Shown: in pieces, positions 12,565 through 22,919 of the stretch
How positions within the stretch are numbered: the stretch's first letter is position 1
How the letters are laid out: each line of letters opens with the position of its first letter
DNA from: Octopus sinensis
Lineage: Eukaryota
NCBI RefSeq assembly: GCF_006345805.1
Contig: NW_021833635.1
Coordinates: forward strand, 2,656 to 66,655
Length of the DNA stretch: 64,000 bases
Reading direction: 5' to 3'
Notes under the pieces: generated by a model
Database searches by the model: none
What the model saw: the letters and a program-made list of their open reading frames with translations, nothing else
What the model was told of the DNA's origin: nothing
Made by a program: the position numbers and the translations under genes

Positions 12565-12795
12565 AGCTGGCAGAAACGTTAGCATGCTGGGCGAAATGCT
12601 TAGCAGTATTTCGTCTGCCGTTATGTTCTGAGTTCAAATTCCGCCGAGGTCGACTTTACCTTTCATCCTTTCGGGGTCAATTAAATAAGTACCAGTTACG
12701 CACTGGGGTCGATATAGTCGAATTAATCCGTCTGTCTGTCCTTGTTTGTCCTCTCTGTGTTTGGCCCCTTGTGGGTAGTAAAGAAATAGGTATTA
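12565..12795 (+). mobile_element. SINE family B copy (Tx1-like tail)
   Basis: Ends AAAGAAATA followed by GGTATT. Confidence 0.85.
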
Positions 12796-12850
12796 GCCTG
12801 TTGGCGGTTAGTTGACCTGCTACAAATAACAACCAACTATCCTCAAATCA

Positions 12851-13012
12851 TAGGGGTGACTGTGTGGTAAGAAGCGTGCTTCCCAACTACATGGTTCGGG
12901 GTTCAGTCCCACTTCGTGGCACTTTGGGTAAATGTCTTCTATATTCTTAAGCCGACCAAAGGCTTGTAAGTGGATTTGGTAGACGGAAAGTAAAAGACGC
13001 CCATCATATACA

Positions 13013-13081
<69 letters not shown>

Positions 13082-13356
13082 GTGTGTGTGTGTGTCTTTG
13101 TGTCTGTGTTTGTCCCCCTACACCACTACCATCACCACCACCACCACCAACAACAACAACACTTGACAACCGGTACTGGAGTGTATAAGTCCCTGTGACT
13201 TAACGGTTTGACAAAAGAGACCGACAGAATAAGTATCAAGCTTTATAAAAAAAAAGTAATTGGACCCACACAATCGACTAAAAAAAATCTTCAAGGCGGT
13301 GCCCCAGTATGGCCGCAGTGTAATAAGTGAAACAAAAGAAAAATAAGAAATAAAAG
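12851..13356 (+). mobile_element. SINE family A, diverged, with internal (TCTA)n
   Basis: Recognisable head, CORE-like segment and tail. Confidence 0.75.
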
Positions 13357-13501
13357 ATGCCATCTTACAAACGGCGAGATCTACTGGACGCCATATTATT
13401 CGATATAAAAAAAAAAGACGAGATGACCATGGATCGAACGTCTTTAATAATGCCTGCTTGTTCGGAATGGACTTCAGGGTAATAAAAAAACACAATAGTA
13501 T

Positions 13502-13929
13502 AGGCGCACGAGTGGCTGTGTGGTAAGTAGCTTGCCTACCAACCACATGGTTCTGGGTTCAGTCCCACTGGCATCTTGGGCAAGTGTCTTCTGCTATAGC
13601 CTCGGGCCGACCAATGCCTTGTGAGTGGATTTGGTAGACGGAAACTGAAAGAAGCCTGTCGTATATGTGTGTAAATATATATATGTATGTATGTGTATGT
13701 ATATGTTTGCGTGTCTGTATTTGTCCCTCTAGCATTGCTTGACAACCGATGCTGGTGTGTTTACGTCCCCGTCACTTAGCGGTTCGGCAAAAGAGACCGA
13801 TAGAATAAGTACTGGGCTTACAAAGAATAAGTCCCGGGGTCGATTCGCTCGACTAAAGGCGGTGCTCCAGCATAGCCGCACTCAAAAGACTGAAACAAGT
13901 AAAAGAGTAAAGAGTAAAGAGTAAGAGTA
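13502..13929 (+). mobile_element. SINE family A
   Basis: Full-length consensus-like copy with (AAAGAGT)n tail. Confidence 0.9.
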
Positions 13930-13938
13930 TCTTTACAT

Positions 13939-14030
13939 CAGGCATGGGCAACCTTTTCCGAGGAGAGGGCCACATGAGGCATAATTCATCAATAGGTGGG
14001 CCGCACAACTAAAAATATTCAAGGTAAATT
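13939..14030 (+). mobile_element. hAT-like non-autonomous element, left end
   Basis: CAGGCATGGGCAACCTTTT...GGGCCACAT...GGGCCGCA is a typical hAT MITE terminus; other end not found. Confidence 0.45.
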
Positions 14031-14188
14031 TTTTTGTTAGGTGTGCATTTCAGATAGTCTCGTGTGCTGCAAGTTGCTCATAACTGCGCCATATGATCGC
14101 TCGCTCTGATGGAAATAATATCCAAATACTTCTCAAACAGGATTTAATTGTTATTTGTAGCAGGTCAAGGACTACGTACAGGCAACAC

Positions 14189-14573
14189 GGATGCGCAATG
14201 GCCCAGTGGTTAGGGCAGCGGACTCGCGGTCATAGGATCGCGGTTTCGATTCCCAGACCGGGCGTTGTGAGTGTTTATTGAGCGAAAACACCTAAAGCTC
14301 CACGAGGCTCCGGCAGGGTATGGTGGTGATCCCTGCTGTACTCTTTCACCACAACTTTCTCTCACTCTTACTTCCTGTTTCTGTTGTACCTGTATTTCAA
14401 AGGGCCGGCCTTGTCACTCTCTGTGTCACGCTGAATATCCCCGAGAACTACGTTAAGTGTACACGTGTCTATGGAGTGCTCAGCCACTTACACGTTAATT
14501 TCACGAGCAGGCTGTTCCGTTGATTCGGATCAACCGGAACCCTCGTCGTCGTAACCGACGGAGTGCTTCCATC
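14189..14573 (+). mobile_element. SINE family C, full length, 11-bp TSD
   Basis: A-box TGGCCCAGTGG, B-box GTTTCGATTCC; TSD ACAGGCAACAC at 14178-14188 and 14574-14584. Confidence 0.88.
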
Positions 14574-14794
14574 ACAGGCAACACATGGTTTCTTTTTTAT
14601 TTGAGTAGCTAGCGAAATCAAGTTATGTCATGCGTTATGTATGCATATAAAATTGAATGTCCCTAAGACCTTGACTTTATGCACTGTCTGGTCTATCTAG
14701 CAAACAAACCGGCAGTTTGTATCAACTGGGCTCAGAGGACAATGACAAGAATACGTACGTATGTGTGTGTATTTACATATGAATTATCTGTCTG

Positions 14795-14868
<74 letters not shown>

Positions 14869-16173
14869 CCGTTAACACCCGTTAAAAGGAGGGCTGGGCA
14901 TGCCGTGGTTGATGATGCGCAGACACGCGCTGAGACTGCGACATCTCTGGCTCTATGTAGACGACGGTGAACAGGTGGTCGCCGTTTGTGAGGCACGCTT
15001 TCCGCAGCTCGTCTCCATGACCGAACTGCAGTCGTGGATCAAAAAGAGGCCGAGGAAGGGCGAATGGCACCGCGAGTGTCGCGTTGCTCTCAAGCAACTC
15101 TGCCGTCCTGGGTCGACCTTAAGTGACTTCAACACAACCAAAGCATTCTATAGGGGTTTAGTGGAGGGGAGGTACGACGACGAGCTCGGGGCGAACCTGG
15201 ACGTCGACGAGGAGTACCTGACCCGCCTGTTCGGGACGACTTTCGGGCCAGGGCCCATGGACAACTTCCAGAGATCCCTGGCCTGGCAGTGCTACCGAGA
15301 AGCGCTACCCGTTCGGATAAGCTCTACAGACACGGCTCGAGAAACACGGGGCCGACCTGCCCGAGATGCGGTCAGAGCGACGAAACCGTTCTGCACGCAC
15401 TCGTTCAGTGTCCAACAATTTCCGACCTGTGGGCTTATGTCGAACAACTGCTGTCACGTGTGGGACGAGTCGGTTTATCAGCTGAGTCTATCGTCAATAT
15501 TGTCACGCCTCCTTCCTTCAAACGGGAAGGAAGAGCTATTTTCATCATCCTTGTGGCTATGGCGAAAGAATGTATCTGGTGGACGCGTCTGAAAGGATTG
15601 GAGACAAACACTTTCCTCTCTGGTCAATCTCTCATCAACTTCTTCAAGTACCACTTGAAAAGGAAAGTGAGAGTAGAGAGGCAAGTTTTGTCTAGCGAAT
15701 GTTTTAAAAAAAGATGGGTGAATGTAGCAAGAATGGCACGTATGAATGACGAAGCCACCTTGAGCATAGTCCTATGAACCCAGAAATCGAAAACAGAGAG
15801 TTGCTTATTTGCAAAAAAAAAAAAAAAAAAAGAAATATAAAATGTGACTTCATTGACCGAGGTTACCGTGGTCTTTTCCGCAGGCTTTTCTTTCCACGGG
15901 TAAACCTCACCTGTCCTCCCCTTTACACTTCATATTGACATTTCTGTGATAACGATCCCTATTGATCATTTTTTTTTCCTCTCCCCCCTTTTTTTTTTTT
16001 TTTTTTTTTAACCCCCCTTATTTTTGTCCTCTTTCTCTCCTTTTACGATCCCTTTTGATCGAACCTCCCCCTTCCTTTTTTTTTTTTTTTTTTTTTTTTT
16101 AATACCTTCAAAAGAAAAGCTCTACCTTGTAATTTGTTCTATCTGTGTGCAGCCCTGTGTGGCTAATAAAGAA
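14869..16173 (+). mobile_element. Tx1-clade LINE (second family), 5'-truncated 3' portion inside a (TATC)n array
   Basis: GGLGMPWLMMRRHALRLRHLW, CPRCGQSDETVLHALVQC, stop near 15777, 3'UTR ending CCCTGTGTGGCTAATAAAGAAA; TATC arrays at 14789-14868 and 16177-16537. Confidence 0.9.
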
Positions 16174-16176
16174 ACA

Positions 16177-16207
<31 letters not shown>

Positions 16208-16252
16208 ATCTGTCTGTCTGTCTGTCTATCTTTCTGTCTATTTATCTATCTA

Positions 16253-16323
<71 letters not shown>

Positions 16324-16370
16324 ATCTGTCTGTCTGTCTGTCTATCTTTCTGTCTATTTTTCTATCTATA

Positions 16371-16423
<53 letters not shown>

Positions 16424-16471
16424 TATATCTGTCTGTCTGTCTGTCTATCTTTCTGTCTATTTATCTATCTA

Positions 16472-16536
<65 letters not shown>

Positions 16537-16537
16537 G
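16177..16537. repeat. (TCTA/TCTG)n microsatellite
   Basis: Direct reading. Confidence 0.95.
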
Positions 16538-16759
16538 TATGAATATATATATCTTTAGCTATAATATATGTCAATAAAAAAATGTCATTCAAATGACAAA
16601 TTGCTATAAAAGACCAACAGTAAATTTAGTCAGGCGTACAAACATAAAAATTACAAATACACACGTGAATAACGAAAACTCGATATATCAGTTCAAAAAA
16701 TTTTCATATGCATACTTAGCTCATTGCACATATAATTAAAGATATGTATACATACATAT

Positions 16760-17340
16760 AGGCACAGGAGTGGCTGTGTGGTAAGTAGCTTGCTAACCAA
16801 CCACATGGTTCTGGGTTCAGTCCCACTGCGTGGCATCTTGGGCAAGTGTCTTCTGCTATAGCCTCGGGCCGACCAAAGCCTTGTGAGTGGATTTGGTAGA
16901 CGGAAACTGAAAGAAGCCTGTCGTATATATGTATATATATATATGTGTGTATGTGTGTGTTTGTGTGTCTGTGTTTGTCCCCCTAGCAGGTCAAGGACTA
17001 CGTACAGGCAACACGGAGGCGCAATGGCCCAGTGGTTAGGGCAGCGGACTCGCGGTCATAGGATCGCGGTTTCGATTCCCAGACCGGGCGTTGTGAGTGT
17101 TTATTGAGCGAAAAACACCTAAAGCTTCACGAGGCTCCGGCAGGTACAACGTAGTCCTTGACCTGCTTGACAACCGTTGCTGGTGTGTTTACGTCCCTGT
17201 CACCTAGCAGTTCGGCAAAAGACACCGATAGAATAAGTACTGGGCTTACAAAGAATAAGTCCCGGGGTCGATTTGCTCTACTAAAGGCGGTGCTCCAGCA
17301 TGGCCGCAGTCAAATGACTGAAACAAGTAAAAAAAAAAAA
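16760..17340 (+). mobile_element. SINE family A containing an inverted-repeat-bounded insert with a truncated SINE C
   Basis: The insert at 16985-17167 splits CCTAGCATTGCTTGAC of the family A body. Confidence 0.85.
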
Positions 17341-17405
<65 letters not shown>

Positions 17406-17483
17406 ATATATATGTATGTATATATATATTGTTGTATTTGGGAATGTCATGTTGCCAGTTTAACCACACACACACACACACAA

Positions 17484-17633
17484 CAGGCTTCTTTCAGTTT
17501 CCGTCCACCAAATCCACTCACAAAGCTTTGGTCGACCTGGGGCTATAACAGTAGACACTTGCCGAAAGTTCCACGCAGTGAGATTGAACCTGGAACCATG
17601 TGGTTGGGAAACAAGCTCCTTACCACACAACCA
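17484..17633 (-). mobile_element. SINE family A, 5' half
   Basis: Reverse complement of head to GAAAGAAGCC. Confidence 0.8.
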
Positions 17634-17666
17634 CATATATATTAATTTATATCAATAAAAATATGA

Positions 17667-17817
17667 CATTATTTACATTATTTACATTTGACGGATATTT
17701 GTCCTCATCTTGTTTGTTGTTAACACAACGTTTCGGCTGATATGCCCCTCAGCCTTCATCAGATGTTTTGGGGGAAATTTCGAACCTGGGTTCTCATTCC
17801 TAAGGTATTTTTCGATG

Positions 17818-17863
<46 letters not shown>

Positions 17864-17892
17864 CATTATCATCATCATCATCATCATCATCA

Positions 17893-17941
<49 letters not shown>

Positions 17942-17970
17942 CATTATCATCATCATCATCATCATCATCA

Positions 17971-18019
<49 letters not shown>

Positions 18020-18093
18020 AATCACTGCCTGGAATCGAACTCGGAATCTTGGGGTTAGTAGCCCGCGCTATTAACCACTATGCCATATACCCG
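17667..18093 (-). mobile_element. SINE family H: tRNA-like head + (AAT/GAT)n + hammerhead module + (AATGTAAAT)n tail
   Basis: Head 18017-18093 (A-box TGGCATAGTGG, B-box GTTCGATTCC), microsatellite 17819-18016, module 17667-17818; same architecture at 57570-58088. Confidence 0.82.
17722..17767 (-). ncRNA. Minimal type I hammerhead ribozyme
   Basis: AACAT-CTGATGA-A-GGCTG(10 nt)CAGCC-GAAA-CG-TT-GTGTT; palindromic helix III ACGT. Confidence 0.8.
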
Positions 18094-18116
18094 TGGCGTT
18101 GTGGTTAAGAGCGCGC

Positions 18117-18580
18117 ACAATTCAAACTGACAGAAAGATAGATGCAAATAGGCCACACAACATATTGAAAGACTTCAGACAAAGAACATGCCTCCTCATT
18201 GATATGACTGTCCCAACCGTTTAAACGTATCTGTCAAGACTTACCAAACACTGAGCAAGTATAAAGATCTTGAAATATAAATATCGTGAAATTGCAAAAC
18301 GTGGAACCTGAAAACTAAAACAATACCTGTTGTCATAGGTGCCCTAGGAATGATAGCAAAAGGGGATGATTGCTACATAGCTCTGATACTAGGAAACCCC
18401 AAAATGGCAGAAATTCAAAAGATAGTGTTCATGGGAACTGCCCTTACCCTACGTAAAATACTGTCTATGTAATCTCAAATTTTAAAACAAACACGAACTT
18501 CCAATCTGTTGTCTCTTGAGGTCTCTGGGCGAGACTTGGAGTCAACTTGTATAAATACAAAGCAAAAGTCAAACATAAAA
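18117..18580 (+). mobile_element. R4/Dong-like non-LTR retrotransposon 3' fragment (restriction-like endonuclease)
   Basis: IQTDRKIDANRPHNILKDFRQRTCLLIDMTVP, SKYKDLE, WNLKTKTIPVVIGALGMI, IQKIVFMGTALTLRKILSM* (stop 18470-18472); abuts (AAT)n. Confidence 0.85.
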
Positions 18581-18641
18581 TAATAATGATAATAATAATA
18601 ATGATAATAATGATAATAACAATAATAATAATATAATAATG

Positions 18642-18673
<32 letters not shown>

Positions 18674-18993
18674 AATGATAATAATGATAATAACAATAAT
18701 AATAATATAATAATGATAATAATGATAATAATGATAATAATAATATAATAATGATAATAATAATAATAACAATAATAATAATATAATAATGATAATAATG
18801 ATAATAATGATAATAATAATATAATAATGATAATAATAATAATAACAATAATAATAATATAATAATGATAATAATAATAATAATAATAATAATGATAATA
18901 ATGATATATGAGATATAATAATAATAATAACAATAATAATAATATAATAATGATAATAATAATAATAACAATAATAATAATATAATAATGATA

Positions 18994-19028
<35 letters not shown>

Positions 19029-19046
19029 AATATAATAATGATAATA

Positions 19047-19085
<39 letters not shown>

Positions 19086-19111
19086 GAAGAAGAAGAACAA
19101 CAACAACAACA
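18578..19111. repeat. (AAT/GAT)n microsatellite with higher-order periodicity
   Basis: Direct reading; recurring AACAATAATAATAATATAATAATG blocks. Confidence 0.95.
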
Positions 19112-19265
19112 ATCGAAAAAATATCTTAGGTATGAGAACTCAGGTTCGAAATTTCCTCAAGACACCTGATGAAGGCTGGAGGGTATATCAGCCGAAATAT
19201 TGTGTTAACAACAAACAAGATGAGGACAAATGCCCGTCAAATGTAAATAATGTAAATAATGTAGA
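19112..19265 (+). mobile_element. Family H hammerhead module and tail
   Basis: Near-identical to the reverse complement of 17667-17818. Confidence 0.82.
19161..19206 (+). ncRNA. Minimal type I hammerhead ribozyme
   Basis: GACAC-CTGATGA-A-GGCTG gagggtatat CAGCC-GAAA-TA-TT-GTGTT; helix III is ATAT instead of ACGT and remains palindromic. Confidence 0.75.
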
Positions 19266-19319
19266 TGATGTACAGAATTCCTCATCTCTTAAACATAGAA
19301 TTGAATAAAAAGATGAGTC

Positions 19320-19850
19320 TCGCTGTGAATATACGCCGAGATATGAATTCTGAAATCTCAAAGAAAATAAGGGCAGGATGGAAGGCATTTAACTCAATAA
19401 AGGATGTGCTTAGTACAAAGCTAGACAATGTCGTATGTGTCAGACTCTTCAATAGCACTGTCCTACCTGCGCTCTAATACGCAATTGAGAGGTAGGGTAT
19501 TACGAAGACGATAGATCGTCAATTGGCTACGACGTAAGGGGTCATGGAAAGATCAATGCTAGGAATGTCGTTAAGAGATTACATTCAAAATGAGATAATT
19601 CAAGAACGGAGCGGATTGGACGATGTGATTGCAGAGTACATAAAGTCCAAGTTCCACTAGGCTGGGCAGGTCACAAGGTTCACAAACAACAGGTGGACCC
19701 GTGAAAATCCCGAGTTGTATCCAAGCGATCGGTAAAGGACTCTACGACTATGGAAAGACGATTTAGTTTAAGCAAATTTGGTCAAGATGAAAAAGAATGG
19801 CGCAATCAAGACAGAATTGGAAGCGCATTGTGACTAGCGGTGGATAAGAT
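19320..19850 (+). pseudogene. RTE-clade LINE, degenerate RT C-terminal fragment
   Basis: EISKKIRAGWKAFNSIKDVL, LFNSTVLPAL, MERSMLGMSLRDYIQNEII, (W)AGQVTR..NNRWT, with internal stops. Confidence 0.8.
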
Positions 19851-19889
19851 CATCTGATGGTATGGTCGATACTGTGATGTAGTGATATA

Positions 19890-21128
19890 CGTGGTATGAT
19901 CAATAAATATCCAGACTGTTGCCATAGTAACAAAGCTAAAGCACGCTGAGTAAAGCCGATTGGCACAGGTTGACCTTAAACTCTGCCATGCACGCACACT
20001 AAGTTTTAACGTCCTTGTTCATTCCTGCTATTTACAGAAGTGCTTGGAAGGAAGGTGTGTAGCATGTCTTCATCGTATTGACGATGACAGAGAAAGTTGA
20101 GTAGAAAATGTTTCCATCGTTCTCGACACAATCAAAGAAATCTTGTGCCACTAAAACCAAAGCGTCTGTTTGAACTGAAAGCAGTTTTGGCATAAACTTG
20201 TCACACACGCGTCTCGTACCCAAATCTTCAGTGATAACGGACTGAACTGAACCGTAACTAATCTGCACATCCTCTGATAACTCACGGATGGCGGTTCGAC
20301 GATTTACCCTCACAGCTGCACGCACATCTATAATGTTTTTCTTAGTTCTGCTGGTTAAGTTAAGTTAAGTTAATTTTTTGGCTCAAAAAGCAAAAAGCAA
20401 GGCCATGTAGGGGGACATGGAGTTAAGTACAGGGTGGTGTTCATGTAAAGAGTTCAGGCCACTTGTGGTCAAGGGAGATTTTGAACCGAGCGGTCGTCGG
20501 CATCTTCACTATCTCGTCCGGCAGCTTATTCCACGGATCCGCAACCCGGACGGAGAAATCCCCTCTCTTTCGATTGAGATGAAATCGTCGCAGATAGAGC
20601 TTTTCGGAATGACCCCGCAGCCGACGCTCTGGAGCAGGAGTGAAGAACAGCTCTTTCGAGAGGTTACACTTTCCGCTTATGATGTTGCGAGCAAGAATGA
20701 GATCACCACGGCGTCGTCGTTTTTCAAGAGAATAAAGGTCGAGCGTCTTCAGCCTTTCTTCATAAGGTTGTGGGTGCCCCTGAACGTACGTCAATATCGA
20801 CATCTTTCGGACATCCTGCAAACATCTGAACCACTCATACACTTGTGTACCGCTCATATACTTCACTCCATACACTTTCTGCAACTTTGTGTAGGTCTCT
20901 GAGCAGGTATCGCCATGACAACTTTCTCTGCCATGGTCAATGCGACGATCACACGCTACACACTTTCCTTCCAAGCAATGCTGTAAACAGCGGAAGTGAG
21001 CTGGACCGTTAAAACGTAGCATGCTCACACAGCAGAGTTCAAGGTTAATCTGTGCAAATCAGCTTTACTCTGAGTACTTAATCTTCGTTACTATAGCAAC
21101 AGTCCGAATACTTATTGATCAGACCACG
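19890..21128 (-). mobile_element. Mariner (Tc1/mariner) remnant with TIRs, TA TSD and a CR1 insertion
   Basis: About 90-bp imperfect inverted repeats 19890-19977 / 21041-21128 flanked by TA. Transposase fragments: ETYTKLQKVYG..MSGTQVYEWF, RSGHP/TSRT, VNRRTAIRELSEDVQISYGSVQSVITEDLG.RRV..KFMPKLL. Confidence 0.85.
20357..20765 (-). mobile_element. CR1-clade LINE 3' fragment inserted in the mariner transposase
   Basis: YEERLKTLDLYSLEKRRRRGDLI...LRGHSEKL...FSVRVADPWNKLP; GGTT on both sides (20353-20356, 20766-20769); (TTAAC)n tail. Confidence 0.88.
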
Positions 21129-21144
21129 TATATATGTGTAGAAA

Positions 21145-21374
21145 GGCGGCGAGCTGGCAGAAACGTTAGCACGCCGGGCGAAATTCGTAGCCGTATTTCG
21201 TCTGTCGTTGCGTTCCGAGTTCAAATTCCGCCGAGGTCGACTTTGCCTTTCATCCTTTCGGGGTCGATAAATTAAGTACCAGTTACGCACTGGGGTCGAT
21301 GTAATCGACTTAATCCCTTTGTCTGTCCTTGTTTGTCCCCTCTGTGTTTAGCCCCTTGTGGGTAGTAAAGAAAT
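21145..21374 (+). mobile_element. SINE family B, full length, about 16-bp TSD
   Basis: TATATATGTGTAGAAA at 21129-21144 and again ending at about 21391; Tx1-like tail. Confidence 0.9.
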
Positions 21375-21753
21375 ATATATATGTGTAGAAATCAAGTTTG
21401 ATTTTTTTTTGCAGGGATGATGTCGGAAAGCACTGAGTTGAGGATAACCCTTGACGAATTCCAAATGCTATCAATATTATAGGAGGCCAGACCATTCGTT
21501 ATGTTTTTGATTGCTGATGTCAAGTTTCCTTCATGATGTACAAGAATGAGTCAACTGAAGGATGAGCACAATAGCAGTCGAGGGATTGGATGAATAAAAC
21601 AGCTTCCGTTGGATGTAGACGGTATAAAGAACAAGAGTAGTAGGGAAAGTCGTACCAATACATGCAATCGTAGGCATTTCATACAGGGAGAATAAAAAGA
21701 GGCTGATTATATGCAATAAGCATTAACCAATATAATCCACTCTAACAAATCAA

Positions 21754-22199
21754 GGATCTTTTCGGTTTGAACGGCAGTTTTTTAAAATAATTTCCACGTA
21801 ACTAAACTTTTAAACTTTGTATACTGGTAGAATGTGTTTATAAAACATCTTTTTTCTCTTGGCTTTATTGAGAAAATTCTATAGTTTGTAAGATATTTGT
21901 TGTTTTTTTTCTTCAATTTCTGCAATTTCAACCAATCAATGACGTCTATTGAAGTGAAAACATTCTGTGCCGTATGAATATGTCCCTCGTTTAAGAAACA
22001 GATTGGGTTTATTTACATTTCTGAAGAAAAAAGATACCCGTCCCCCACCCCTAACCCTAACTAACCATAACCATAGCTAACCCTAACCCTAACCCTAAAA
22101 GAGATTGAAATGCAATAGATCGATACTAGGGTCATAATTATGGGTGACAATTTCATATGACACCGCTAGAAAAAACTGCCGTTCAAACCGAAAAGATCC
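21754..22199. mobile_element. MITE with GGATCTTTTCGGTTTGAACGGCAG TIRs, 8-bp TSD and internal (CCCTAA)n
   Basis: TSD CAAATCAA at 21746-21753 and 22200-22207. Confidence 0.9.
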
Positions 22200-22485
22200 C
22201 AAATCAATTTTTCGACGTCATGAAATCACGTACCAATTATCATTTTAAGTACAAAATTTTAACTTTTCAAAACAGATCAATACCAAAATATCGACCCCTT
22301 TGTTCCAGTTGCATTACTTCATATTAATTTCATGATTAGCAATTAGTAAAAAGAGGTAATTCTTAATTTATAATTAATGTTCTTTATTTAAAAAAGAAAA
22401 AACAATATCGTTGGTATTTTGTTTCCATATATTTTCCGATGCAGTTCTTTTTTTTTTTTCAGTTTTTATAGGATAAAGAATAATC

Positions 22486-22919
22486 GGATCTTTTCGGTTT
22501 GAACGGCAGTTTTTAACATAATTTCTAGGTAACTAAAAAATTTTAAACTTCGTATATTGGTAGAATGTATTTATAAAACATCTTTTTTCTCTTGGCTTTA
22601 TTGAAAAAATTCTATTGTTTATAAGATATTTGTTGTTTTTTTTCTTCAATTTCTGCAATTTCAACCAATCAGTGACGTCTATTGAGTTAAAAAGCATTGT
22701 GTGCCGTATGAATATGTCCCTCGTTTAAGAAATACATTGGGTTTATTTACATTTGTGAAGAAAAAAAGATACCCTTCCCCCACCCCTAACCCTAACCCTA
22801 ACTAACCCTAACCCTAAAAGAGATTGAAATGCAATAGATCGATTCTAGGGTCATAATTATGGGTGACAATTTCATATGACACCGCTAGAAAAAAATTGCC
22901 GTTCAAACCGAAAAGATCC
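22486..22919. mobile_element. MITE, second copy of the same family
   Basis: TSD GAATAATC / GAGTAATC; high similarity to 21754-22199. Confidence 0.9.

Noticed and set aside
17682-19112. Poly-N/I/L/D ORFs
   Set aside because: Trinucleotide microsatellite artefacts.
21990-22100. True telomere or chromosome-fusion site
   Set aside because: The few CCCTAA units are internal to TIR/TSD-bounded MITEs.
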